Positions 17,836 to 25,996 of a DNA stretch of 35,455 bases are shown here, one piece after another. The stretch is taken from positions 1-35,455 of IMG/VR virus record IMGVR_UViG_3300030329_003528, one strand, 5' to 3'. The notes under the pieces are model-generated. The model was not told the DNA's origin, searched no databases, and saw nothing but the letters and a program-made list of their open reading frames with translations. Position 1 is the first letter of the stretch, and each line of letters begins with the position of its first letter. Made by a program: the position numbers and the translations under genes. The stretch comes from a virus (taxonomy: Duplodnaviria > Caudoviricetes).

Positions 17836-18557
17836 TAGCCTACTGGGTAGTTAGGGTAAATAGGATCAATAAGGGCATTACTACTGGAGTAATCAAATGG
17901 TAAGCCTTCTCCTACCACATTCGTGGCTGGATTCTGGTTGTATCTACCAATATACTCGTATCCCCTGGCAAGTGCCGAGTTCATACGATCTGGATTATTT
18001 GACAGTCTCCATAACTCTGCTTCTGCAAATTCCAGGATCGCATCGTGGAATATGGCGTTTAAATCACAGTTTACTGCTGGTGATGACTCTGTTAATACAG
18101 CAGGAGTCTTAATGTAATAACAATCCACATTGGCTGTATTGTTGTAAATGTATATCCTGCCTTTAAAAATAAAATATACAGGTTCGGTCCCACTAAAGGA
18201 TACCAATCCTGTTGAAAAATCTTTGACCATATCAAAGGATACTTTTCGTATAAAATTGCTATCATTAATTCGTATTCCTAATATTCCCAATGGTCCACCA
18301 AATGGATCTGATGCCAAGTCTTGTGCCTGGGTTGGGATAAAATAACTTTTAAAATGGGTGTCCACATCGTTATCGGTTCGCATAGATATTCCAGTAACCA
18401 GGACATGAAGGTCTGTAAGTAAATGTGGATTCAGTGCCTGGATCACCTTGTCCTGGGCACGATTCAAGTATCGTTCCTTAATGGTAGTAGAAAAAAGATC
18501 CCCTGCGGAATCTTCCATTCTATCTCCTAATATGGTGTTCATTTCTGCTGTTGTCAT
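17835..18557 (-). CDS. Head-tail adaptor (tail tubular protein A-like)
   Basis: MTTAEM..YLNRAQ..P.YF..YIY..YIKTP..FHDAILEFA pattern; immediately after the capsid gene; GGAG RBS. Confidence 0.75.
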   Translation of the reverse strand: MTTAEMNTILGDRMEDSAGDLFSTTIKERYLNRAQDKVIQALNPHLLTDLHVLVTGISMRTDNDVDTHFKSYFIPTQAQDLASDPFGGPLGILGIRINDSNFIRKVSFDMVKDFSTGLVSFSGTEPVYFIFKGRIYIYNNTANVDCYYIKTPAVLTESSPAVNCDLNAIFHDAILEFAEAELWRLSNNPDRMNSALARGYEYIGRYNQNPATNVVGEGLPFDYSSSNALIDPIYPNYPVG

Positions 18558-18571
18558 AGTTTCTCCAGGCT

Positions 18572-18606
18572 AAATATCCCCCCCTTTAAAAAAGAGGGGG
18601 ATATTT
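18572..18606 (-). terminator. Hairpin after the major capsid gene (probable leaky terminator)
   Basis: AAATATCCCCC...GGGGGATATTT stem with a short U tail; typical position after a capsid gene. Confidence 0.65.
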
Positions 18607-18620
18607 CGTTATTCAGTTAC

Positions 18621-19745
18621 TTAAGCGTAATCCAATGGTGAGTAGAGATCTTCTACAACACAATGGGCTTTTCGGTTGGTGACAACCAAGTTACCATAAG
18701 TGTGTACCTTCTGCACGAAAGTATTACTTTGTGTATCTTCGATCATATCAGATGCAGTGAATTTTGCACCAGAGTTGAAGAACATATAGAGATAGTTCGT
18801 GTTCAAGAAATAGATTCTTCCATCATTGTTATCTGCAATAGTATCAGGACTGTTATCTGCCTGTGCAGTTACAATATCCTGGTCTGCAACAATATCCACA
18901 CCTCTGTATGACAGTCCCATAAAACCCATCTTCGCCATACGATCAGATTCCAAACTTCCACGCTTGAACTCACCCAGTTCTGACTCAATAAGGTCATAAT
19001 GGTATTGAGAACATACGATAAGGTCTGGACTTTCACCTGTTTGTGCTTTTGCATTTGCAATACCACGAGCAAGGATTCTCAAGATATAAGTATCTTTTGC
19101 AGGATCTTGCATATCATCTTCTGATATAAATGTTACACCAGCATCTGGTGAATCAGCAGTATCATTACCTGAAGCATCGCCAAAAGAAGCATCTGTTAAG
19201 ACAGGAGTTTTCCACCAGGAGTTAGATCCTGGAGCAAGACCACCTACTGTGGTTGCATCATCACAAAGTACAGCAACAGGATTAAAAGCATCTGTAGCCA
19301 ATGTTCTTGCGAACATATTCTCTGCAACAGTTTTCTCCAACTGCTTCTGAAGGTTTTTCACCTTTGCACCAACGATGTTCTTAATTGCCTGTGGGCTATT
19401 CATCAATAAGGTCTCTTCCTTTGTTAAAAGAAAATGACCTGTAAGCATAGTTGGGTTATACGATGCGGTCTTTGCGATATCGGCTAATGCTGGTACATAT
19501 CCACCTGCTGGTGAACCACTGTTAGCAATTCCGTGTCTATCACCCCAGACAGTTGCACCACCTTCTGCATATTCTACTGGTACAACAATCTCACGACCAT
19601 TAAAGGTCTTTGCTTTGCCCTTCAGTATCGCCAGTAATGGATGAGACTTCTTAAAGATGTTATCATACAAAACAGGCATATAATACTGCTGAATAAGGGC
19701 ACTTAATGAAGCGGATCCATCTCCGCTTACGACTATATTAGACAT
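18621..19745 (-). CDS. Major capsid protein
   Basis: 374 aa; YMPVLYDNIF..PLL..GREIVVPV..PDLIV..GF..LSYRGV..IYFLNTNYL..GNLVVTNR; after the scaffold gene; AAGGAG RBS; downstream hairpin. Confidence 0.88.
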   Translation of the reverse strand: MSNIVVSGDGSASLSALIQQYYMPVLYDNIFKKSHPLLAILKGKAKTFNGREIVVPVEYAEGGATVWGDRHGIANSGSPAGGYVPALADIAKTASYNPTMLTGHFLLTKEETLLMNSPQAIKNIVGAKVKNLQKQLEKTVAENMFARTLATDAFNPVAVLCDDATTVGGLAPGSNSWWKTPVLTDASFGDASGNDTADSPDAGVTFISEDDMQDPAKDTYILRILARGIANAKAQTGESPDLIVCSQYHYDLIESELGEFKRGSLESDRMAKMGFMGLSYRGVDIVADQDIVTAQADNSPDTIADNNDGRIYFLNTNYLYMFFNSGAKFTASDMIEDTQSNTFVQKVHTYGNLVVTNRKAHCVVEDLYSPLDYA

Positions 19746-19768
19746 TTATTGTCTCCTTTATTCGGTAT

Positions 19769-20725
19769 TTATGTGTTAAAAAAAGAAGCAACATCGATGT
19801 CATCATAATTTGTGATCTTGTCCTGCTTATCACTTTTGACACCAACATTCTTCTGTACATTCACTGGGACAGATGGTTTTGGCTTTGCTTTGACCTCTTC
19901 CTTCGGTTTGTCAAAGTTCATTACCTTATATGCTTCTTCCAGGGTAAGCAGTCTACCATCCTGTTCGTGTGTCTGAATAGCGTGATCCAAGACTTCCTGG
20001 ACCTGCTCATCATTTAGCGAATAGGTTGATTTGAGTTCTGCCATTGACTGGTCCAAAACATTTTGTGCTTCCATCTGTGCCACTTGTTCCTGGGCTTCTT
20101 TCAATTCTGCTTCCCAGGGGTTCGGAAGGTCTTTATTATCCATCTGTAGGGTTTGACGAAACAATTGCCCTGCATCTTTACCGAGTTCATCTTCTATCGC
20201 TTCCATAAGCGTATCAGAGAAATCTTCCGACTCTTTTATTTTCTCCACCAACTGCACCAAAGGCTCTACTGCTCTACGCTGATCGGCTATCTCCTGGGCT
20301 TTCTCCGTATTGGACTTGTTCCAGGAATGTCTGTTATCAGCATCTTTCTTCCAGGACTCTATATCAGATTGAGTGTATCGTGAGCCATCTTCTGATTCAT
20401 ATACAACTGATGGTTCATCAGGGGTATCACTAACCGTATCGGTTTGCTCTTGTTCACCCTCTGAAAGTTCCTGTTCTGGTTCATTGGTTTCGGTTGTTTC
20501 GGCTGGTTCTTCTGACTCTGTGGTCACAGCCTGTTCTGTATCGGACTCCTGATTTGATTGCTCTCCTGTAAAGAGTTCATCAGGAATCGAAAGATTATCG
20601 TAATCACCGTTAAGTGAGGTATCTTCTCCCACTTGTGGATCTGTACTAAAATTTCCTACCTGGATCTGTTCTGATTCAGGTGTTACTTCTAAATTGGTTG
20701 TTCCTACTACATTGATTTCAGCCAT
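19769..20725 (-). CDS. Capsid scaffolding protein
   Basis: Very acidic N-terminus, coiled coil, LEEAYK motif; directly before the capsid gene. Confidence 0.75.
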   Translation of the reverse strand: MAEINVVGTTNLEVTPESEQIQVGNFSTDPQVGEDTSLNGDYDNLSIPDELFTGEQSNQESDTEQAVTTESEEPAETTETNEPEQELSEGEQEQTDTVSDTPDEPSVVYESEDGSRYTQSDIESWKKDADNRHSWNKSNTEKAQEIADQRRAVEPLVQLVEKIKESEDFSDTLMEAIEDELGKDAGQLFRQTLQMDNKDLPNPWEAELKEAQEQVAQMEAQNVLDQSMAELKSTYSLNDEQVQEVLDHAIQTHEQDGRLLTLEEAYKVMNFDKPKEEVKAKPKPSVPVNVQKNVGVKSDKQDKITNYDDIDVASFFNT

Positions 20726-21239
20726 TTTCTTTTCCTTTCAGTTGGTCTTTCGACACTGGTTTGGTTGCAAAGAACATGAGTAGAACCGTTCTCTTTCCTT
20801 GATGTGGTTCTACCATATGCCTTACAGGGTTATTGAATTTTCCTGCTGTATAACAAACACCATTTAAATAATGGTCCTTTAATTCTTGTGGCTCTCCATC
20901 TATCTCAAAGAATATCCTGCCACCTGTAAACTCATCTGGATCAGATAAAAGCACTGTAGTACCTACCTCACACCAAGCCATATGGTTATCAACAAACTCC
21001 CCACTAATTAGTTTACAACCATCGTAATGCCACTCGTGTCCCTTTGGGCGTGTCTCAATTCGCCAATAACTGGGACTTTCTAATATAAACTCCTGGTCAT
21101 CTACCATCGACTGGTAGCGTTTTGCCACTTTTTGCACCAATTCGTGAGAAAAGTCAGATTTCATACCCCCTGATTTGCCCATATCCTTTAGATTATTTGC
21201 TTCGTCAGGGGTAAGTAAGCCTAAATACTGCTGAACCAT
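20718..21239 (-). CDS. 2OG-Fe(II) oxygenase, prolyl-4-hydroxylase-like
   Basis: WHYDG (HxD), LLS..DEFTGGRIFF, HMVEP (distal His), GKRTVL (2OG-binding Arg). Confidence 0.85.
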   Translation of the reverse strand: MVQQYLGLLTPDEANNLKDMGKSGGMKSDFSHELVQKVAKRYQSMVDDQEFILESPSYWRIETRPKGHEWHYDGCKLISGEFVDNHMAWCEVGTTVLLSDPDEFTGGRIFFEIDGEPQELKDHYLNGVCYTAGKFNNPVRHMVEPHQGKRTVLLMFFATKPVSKDQLKGKENG

Positions 21240-21340
21240 TAATATCCTTTGGTCTTTGCTAATGCTTTCTTGTAATTCTTCATTCCTGCTTCGGTGTACT
21301 TGAACTTCTTTTTCTTACCTTTAACCTTTAGTTCTGGCAT
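21239..21340 (-). CDS. Small Lys-rich peptide (33 aa)
   Basis: Own translation: MPELKVKGKKKKFKYTEAGMKNYKKALAKTKGY; AAGGA RBS; TAATG coupling to the oxygenase. Confidence 0.7.
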   Translation of the reverse strand: MPELKVKGKKKKFKYTEAGMKNYKKALAKTKGY

Positions 21341-21380
21341 TGTTCTATCCTTTTGTTATGTGATGGGCAGAGTTAAAGCC

Positions 21381-23282
21381 TCAAGCCCTGGGCTGGTCCA
21401 TTTCTGGATCCTCTCCCTGCCCACCAACCAATCCTGCTACGGTTATGATTCGTTCCTGGATCTCCCCAGGTAATTGTTGAAAATCTGGTGACTCTGCAAG
21501 TGCTGGGTTCCCTATGATCATTTGTGCCAGTGCTTCTTCCCCTGGTCCACCTGGACCTTCCTGAAGTACCTGGGCTACCAATGAACCTAATTGCTGTTGC
21601 ATATCTTCAGCCTGTTGTATCTGCTGTTGTGGTGGTATCTGTTGATTTCTCACATACCAGTTCTGTATCACATCTTGCTTATCCGATATATTCAAAGCAT
21701 TGACCACTTCTTCAATACCATAGACACCCAACTGAAATAATTCTAATGCTCTTTCCTCATTAGCAACCCGACCTTGTGCATATCGACTACCAGTAGTGAC
21801 ATCTACATCAAATTCACTATCCTGTAATCGCTTGGCGGTCCCAGGATCAAACTCTGGTGTTCCTTCCATATTGCCATCTGCATCATATACTGCCATCGGA
21901 TCAAACTCGGTAAACTCAAACTGTCCTTCTGCATCTCGCTCTCGGATGGAGCGTATCTCTTCATCAAAGGTCAGTATCATCTGAACCATATATTCACCAA
22001 TTTCTTTAGTGAGCCTTGCTACTTCCTTATTGATCTTGAATCGTTGCCTGGTCTGACTTGCTTCCTGCAATGCTACGATAGCCCTACCTGATGTAACCCC
22101 ACCTGGTTTACGACCTTGAGTCACATCATTCACACCTGTGATATGCTCCATAAATTGTCCTACCTGACCAATGTAGTTTTGTATGTACCCAGGGATGGGT
22201 GGTGGCATCTCAAAGGTTACATCTGAAGGATCCACGACAGTAATTTCTTCTCCTGGGGCTCCTGTTATTGGTCTGGTCATTTGACCTTTTGCTCTTTGAG
22301 TTACCTTCCTAATGGGAAAACCCATCTTTCTAATATTTTCATTAACAGCACTAAATGTTTCATTCATTGCTTTGGTTTGTGTCCTAACCAGGTCTACTTC
22401 GCCTATTCCCCAAAAATTATGTGGCGATTTATAGTTAGAGACCATAAATACTGGCATTCTATATAGTTCTAATGGTTCATCTACCACCAATTGGTCCCCA
22501 ACAACTATTGTATGCCGACCATTCGGATATTTCTCTTTATCCTGTTCATTGCTATAGCATTCAATGACCAATGCCATATCGTATTCACTCTCTACATTAG
22601 CACTCTCTATGCCACCATTATCATCTACCTTCTGATATGCCTTATAATCATTCAATCTGCCATCGGCTGGAGCCTTAATGCCAAACTCTCTGTATATCCT
22701 GGATGTTTCCATTGGCACAGCAAACATAAAATACTCACCAGCCTTGAGATCCAGGTCTGTGGCATATGGATGGGGTACTACCGTGAATGGATCGATGACC
22801 TGGATGTCAAAGCCTTTAAACACACCTTCGTCTGTAACGATAGGTAATATCTGTAAAAATCCATTACTATAAATAAGACTATCTTTTACTGCTTGTAATA
22901 TTTGACCATACAGATCAGTTTCTTCTACGATCTGCTGAAATCTCTTCTGCATCATCTCACTAAAGAAGATGTCATTCTTTTCCCTGGGCATTACATCAAT
23001 TGTAGGTTGAAAGTCATTAATGATAGGCAATATGGTTTCCACTACAGCCAAAGGAAAGTTAAATATCATCCTGGATTGACTCTCGGTTCCCTTACTTGGA
23101 TTAGCCCAGTGCCTACCATAATACAAGCGTTCATTCTTACGCCATCTATCTGCCTGGTTCTCTCTTGCCTTCTTGCTCCTATCCAGCCAATTCTGTATCT
23201 GTGGTATTCTCTCTGCTACATCTGCAACCTGATCCAATGCAGACTGCTGATCTGAAGCATTCGTGTAATCCATTCCTGCCAT
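21381..23282 (-). CDS. Portal protein (P22-like)
   Basis: 633 aa after terL; YYGRHW, IDPF.V.P.P, FWGIG.V, ITGVND..QG..SGRAI..LQE, FDVDV motifs. Confidence 0.88.
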   Translation of the reverse strand: MAGMDYTNASDQQSALDQVADVAERIPQIQNWLDRSKKARENQADRWRKNERLYYGRHWANPSKGTESQSRMIFNFPLAVVETILPIINDFQPTIDVMPREKNDIFFSEMMQKRFQQIVEETDLYGQILQAVKDSLIYSNGFLQILPIVTDEGVFKGFDIQVIDPFTVVPHPYATDLDLKAGEYFMFAVPMETSRIYREFGIKAPADGRLNDYKAYQKVDDNGGIESANVESEYDMALVIECYSNEQDKEKYPNGRHTIVVGDQLVVDEPLELYRMPVFMVSNYKSPHNFWGIGEVDLVRTQTKAMNETFSAVNENIRKMGFPIRKVTQRAKGQMTRPITGAPGEEITVVDPSDVTFEMPPPIPGYIQNYIGQVGQFMEHITGVNDVTQGRKPGGVTSGRAIVALQEASQTRQRFKINKEVARLTKEIGEYMVQMILTFDEEIRSIRERDAEGQFEFTEFDPMAVYDADGNMEGTPEFDPGTAKRLQDSEFDVDVTTGSRYAQGRVANEERALELFQLGVYGIEEVVNALNISDKQDVIQNWYVRNQQIPPQQQIQQAEDMQQQLGSLVAQVLQEGPGGPGEEALAQMIIGNPALAESPDFQQLPGEIQERIITVAGLVGGQGEDPEMDQPRA

Positions 23283-23500
23283 TATTTTCCCACCTCTTGC
23301 ATTGCCAGTTTATGAGATTCAGTAAACGAAGAACCTTTCAGCATAGCATTTACCATAAATTCTATGTGTTTTTTAGTGTGATGCTCTGAATGACTTACCA
23401 TAGCATCCACCTGCCTTGCATTTAAACCATCAATAGGAACCCCTTTTATCTGTTTTGTTTTTGATGCATTTAAAGATTTTGAATATTGATATTTTGCCAT
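23282..23500 (-). CDS. Hypothetical His-rich small protein
   Basis: RQ..M..HSEHHTKKH..M..G.SF..SHK.AM..VGK; coupled to terL and portal by TAATG overlaps. Confidence 0.7.
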   Translation of the reverse strand: MAKYQYSKSLNASKTKQIKGVPIDGLNARQVDAMVSHSEHHTKKHIEFMVNAMLKGSSFTESHKLAMQEVGK

Positions 23501-24816
23501 TAGATATTATCCCATTGTGGTTGTGAGTGATCCACATCTACAACGATGGAATCAATGAATCTTTCTGTATCGCTCTTGGTATCAGGCTTCTTAGCACTTC
23601 GTACCACTTCCCCAACTAAATATCGTAAACTATCCACAGCGTGGTCATCCTTTTTTAATGGCTTTTCAGGTTGGTTTAAATCAATCCTGGATGCACTGGG
23701 TTGTTCCCACTGATAATTCACTAATTCCCTTCTTAAATTTTCACAAGACTTTGTAATAAATAACCTATTGGTTTTTATGTATTCGGTTACCTTATCAATC
23801 CCACCCTGGACATCGTTATTCGCACCAATGACAGGAATATTCATCTGCCTATACCTGTTGCCTATGGTTTCTGGATCATCCTTCTTTCCTGCACCTGTAG
23901 ATGGATCGATCACATAGGTCTCATATCTCCCTTCACCCTGGTAGGCTTTAATGGCTCTACAATGGTATTCTGCATCCTGACCTGCTTCGTAATGCTCTCT
24001 GTATATCCATATCTTATCATCATTATCCACAGCACCCCATAGTACAGCAGTTGGGTTGGTCCTTCCGTGATCAATGGCAATGAATCTTCTCCAGGATGGA
24101 TCAGGATTAAAGTCATTGACCATATGAACGCTGGGTTCAAAGTCAGGATAGATCTGTCCTTCAAAGGCATCCCAGGATCCGTACAGATACCTGTTCACCC
24201 ATATCTCGTTATAATTTTTCTTTAGGCTGTCAATATATCCATCTGGAAGGTTCCTTACATTCTCTTCTGTCTTGGCATTGAACATAATGTTACCAGGAAT
24301 AGGATCGTGTATAAATCGATGCCAAACCCAGTTATGCCCCAAAGGGTTTCCTGTGATCCAGCATTGCGGAGTGGCTACCGCCCTTAAACGACCAAGCAAT
24401 GTTAAAAATACCTCTTCCGATACTTCTTCAGCCTGATCTATGTAGAACCATCCCAGGTTAATCGATAGTAATTTTGCAGGATCATCCAATGACCTGAATA
24501 TGATCTCGTGACCATTGGCGAAGATGCACCTATTTTCCTGCTTCTTGTATTCATAGTGTACCCCTGGAAGGAATCCACATAAGTGTAATAGTTCAAAAAA
24601 TGTTCTCTGGGTAGAATCTCTTAATTCTGGATAGGTCTGCCTGGCTATCATCCCTAACTGTGGTGGCTGTTCAGGATCCAATACTCTGGTTATCCCTTTC
24701 AAAATACCAGCAAAGGTCTTTCCATTACCAATACCACCAAAGAATGCAACCACCTGCTCTTCGCACTTTAAAAATCTTGCTTGATTCAGATTTAACTTTA
24801 TTTTAGACATCTGCAT
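23500..24816 (-). CDS. terL: Terminase large subunit
   Basis: Walker A GGIGNGKT, Walker B region WFYIDQAEE, motif TGNP, RNase H nuclease AIDHG...KKDDHAVDSLRY; the start may be 24810. Confidence 0.95.
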   Translation of the reverse strand: MQMSKIKLNLNQARFLKCEEQVVAFFGGIGNGKTFAGILKGITRVLDPEQPPQLGMIARQTYPELRDSTQRTFFELLHLCGFLPGVHYEYKKQENRCIFANGHEIIFRSLDDPAKLLSINLGWFYIDQAEEVSEEVFLTLLGRLRAVATPQCWITGNPLGHNWVWHRFIHDPIPGNIMFNAKTEENVRNLPDGYIDSLKKNYNEIWVNRYLYGSWDAFEGQIYPDFEPSVHMVNDFNPDPSWRRFIAIDHGRTNPTAVLWGAVDNDDKIWIYREHYEAGQDAEYHCRAIKAYQGEGRYETYVIDPSTGAGKKDDPETIGNRYRQMNIPVIGANNDVQGGIDKVTEYIKTNRLFITKSCENLRRELVNYQWEQPSASRIDLNQPEKPLKKDDHAVDSLRYLVGEVVRSAKKPDTKSDTERFIDSIVVDVDHSQPQWDNI

Positions 24817-25195
24817 CTGCTAACTCTATTTGCACCACTGGCATTCGTATCTCTCCATCTACCTGGTGTTTATCTGTGAACATTGCCAGGTGTTTCCCCT
24901 GGAGTTCACTTGCTTTCAAACTGACATTATATTGTTCACTTCCTTCTGCCTTATCCCTCACTCTCTCAATATCTTTCAATACTTTCTCCGCAGTCAATTC
25001 AACCTTCTTCTCTCTAATCGCTTTCAGGCGGTCTATTTCGTTTTTAATGACAGGTTTTGACAAGTTCTCTGTTCCTATCCTATTTGCTGTTTTTTCACTA
25101 TATCCTGCTCGAATACAAGCCTGTGTCGCATTCAGGTCAATTAGGTATTCTTTGCAGAACATAAGTTGTTTTGGAGTCAGTTTAGGCGTAGCCAA
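24803..25195 (-). CDS. terS: Terminase small subunit
   Basis: LTPKQ.FC.EYLIDLNATQA.IRAGYS.KTA..IG.ENL.KP; TTG start with GAGG RBS. Confidence 0.93.
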   Translation of the reverse strand: MATPKLTPKQLMFCKEYLIDLNATQACIRAGYSEKTANRIGTENLSKPVIKNEIDRLKAIREKKVELTAEKVLKDIERVRDKAEGSEQYNVSLKASELQGKHLAMFTDKHQVDGEIRMPVVQIELADADV

Positions 25196-25319
25196 TCAAT
25201 ACCTCTCTTGGATGGAATCCTGCCTGGATCGCACTGATCGCCAGATGAGCCCAGAGTACCTGAATGTCATCAAAGTCATCAAATCCATATTTTACTTGTA
25301 TGGTGGGTTCATAACTCAT
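25182..25319 (-). CDS. Small hypothetical protein (45 aa)
   Basis: Own translation: MSYEPTIQVKYGFDDFDDIQVLWAHLAISAIQAGFHPREVLIGYA; overlaps the terS start; weak RBS. Confidence 0.5.
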   Translation of the reverse strand: MSYEPTIQVKYGFDDFDDIQVLWAHLAISAIQAGFHPREVLIGYA

Positions 25320-25416
25320 CCCAATTAGCCTGTGGTTGATCATCTGCCTTGTGAAGGTTTAGATGTGGAGATGGTGACCTGTCAGTTTGACCACGATGGT
25401 AAACCCAGGCACCCAT

Positions 25417-25447
25417 AAAAAATGCAGTAAGGGTGATAACACCCTGC
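25417..25447 (-). terminator. Terminator-like hairpin gating the packaging/head operon
   Basis: Minus strand GCAGGGTG-TTAT-CACCCT-TA-CTGC-ATTTTTT (bulged stem plus U run). Confidence 0.55.
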
Positions 25448-25491
25448 GTGATATACAATGAAATTTCACTCATTATTAAGAATAATTTCCT

Positions 25492-25516
25492 AACAAGCGT
25501 TAGGTAAATTCCATAC
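25492..25516 (-). promoter_or_regulatory. Late-control motif, copy 2
   Basis: Plus strand AACAAGCGTTAGGTAAATTCCATAC, 23/25 identical to 2928-2952. Confidence 0.7.
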
Positions 25517-25521
25517 TAAAA

Positions 25522-25650
25522 TTACTTTTTATGAAAATTTCTTCTATCCCACTTGTTGAGATAGTACAAGGCAGTGATATACACAATCAATACTGGTATC
25601 ATAATGTCGTGCCTATGATTGATCAGTTCCTGCCAAAGATATTCATTCAT
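25522..25650 (-). CDS. Small membrane protein (42 aa)
   Basis: Restarted at MNEYLW (GAGGA RBS); one hydrophobic segment, IMIPVLIVYITALYYL. Confidence 0.55.
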   Translation of the reverse strand: MNEYLWQELINHRHDIMIPVLIVYITALYYLNKWDRRNFHKK

Positions 25651-25996
25651 TTCTTTTCCTCTTGTCACAGTCTGTACAGGACCAGATACCATCCTGCTTT
25701 GTGACATCTTTTCGATCTGTCTCGCAAACATCACAGTGGTAATTCATTCCTTCGCACAAGGGGCATATCTCTCGTACTTTGCCATAAGTAACAAAGTCAC
25801 TATAGTGAATTAACATTATTGACTTGTTGCCATTATTGTTTCGATTATACTCCCAACATCGATTGCAGATTCTGCAATACTTCACATCCCAGTCTGCCTG
25901 ACCACCTACAATGCTATGTCGATTGTAGTATTTTTTTTGCCTTACCCGATTATCAGTCAGTTTAGAATCAGAAGATTTAATGATTTCGTCAATCAT
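25643..25996 (-). CDS. Multi-CxxC zinc-finger protein, candidate late regulator
   Basis: CRIC, CPLC, CDVC and CTDC; ATGA overlap with the replication gene. Confidence 0.65.
   Translation of the reverse strand: MIDEIIKSSDSKLTDNRVRQKKYYNRHSIVGGQADWDVKYCRICNRCWEYNRNNNGNKSIMLIHYSDFVTYGKVREICPLCEGMNYHCDVCETDRKDVTKQDGIWSCTDCDKRKRNE

Noticed and set aside
20718-21239. TET/JBP-type DNA hydroxylase linked to the CCWGG bias
   Set aside because: Motifs look prolyl-4-hydroxylase-like, and no DNA methyltransferase is visible in the window.
25309-25416. 35-aa ORF MGAWVYHRGQ...
   Set aside because: ATG directly follows the terminator U-tract with no RBS; insufficient support, though not excluded.
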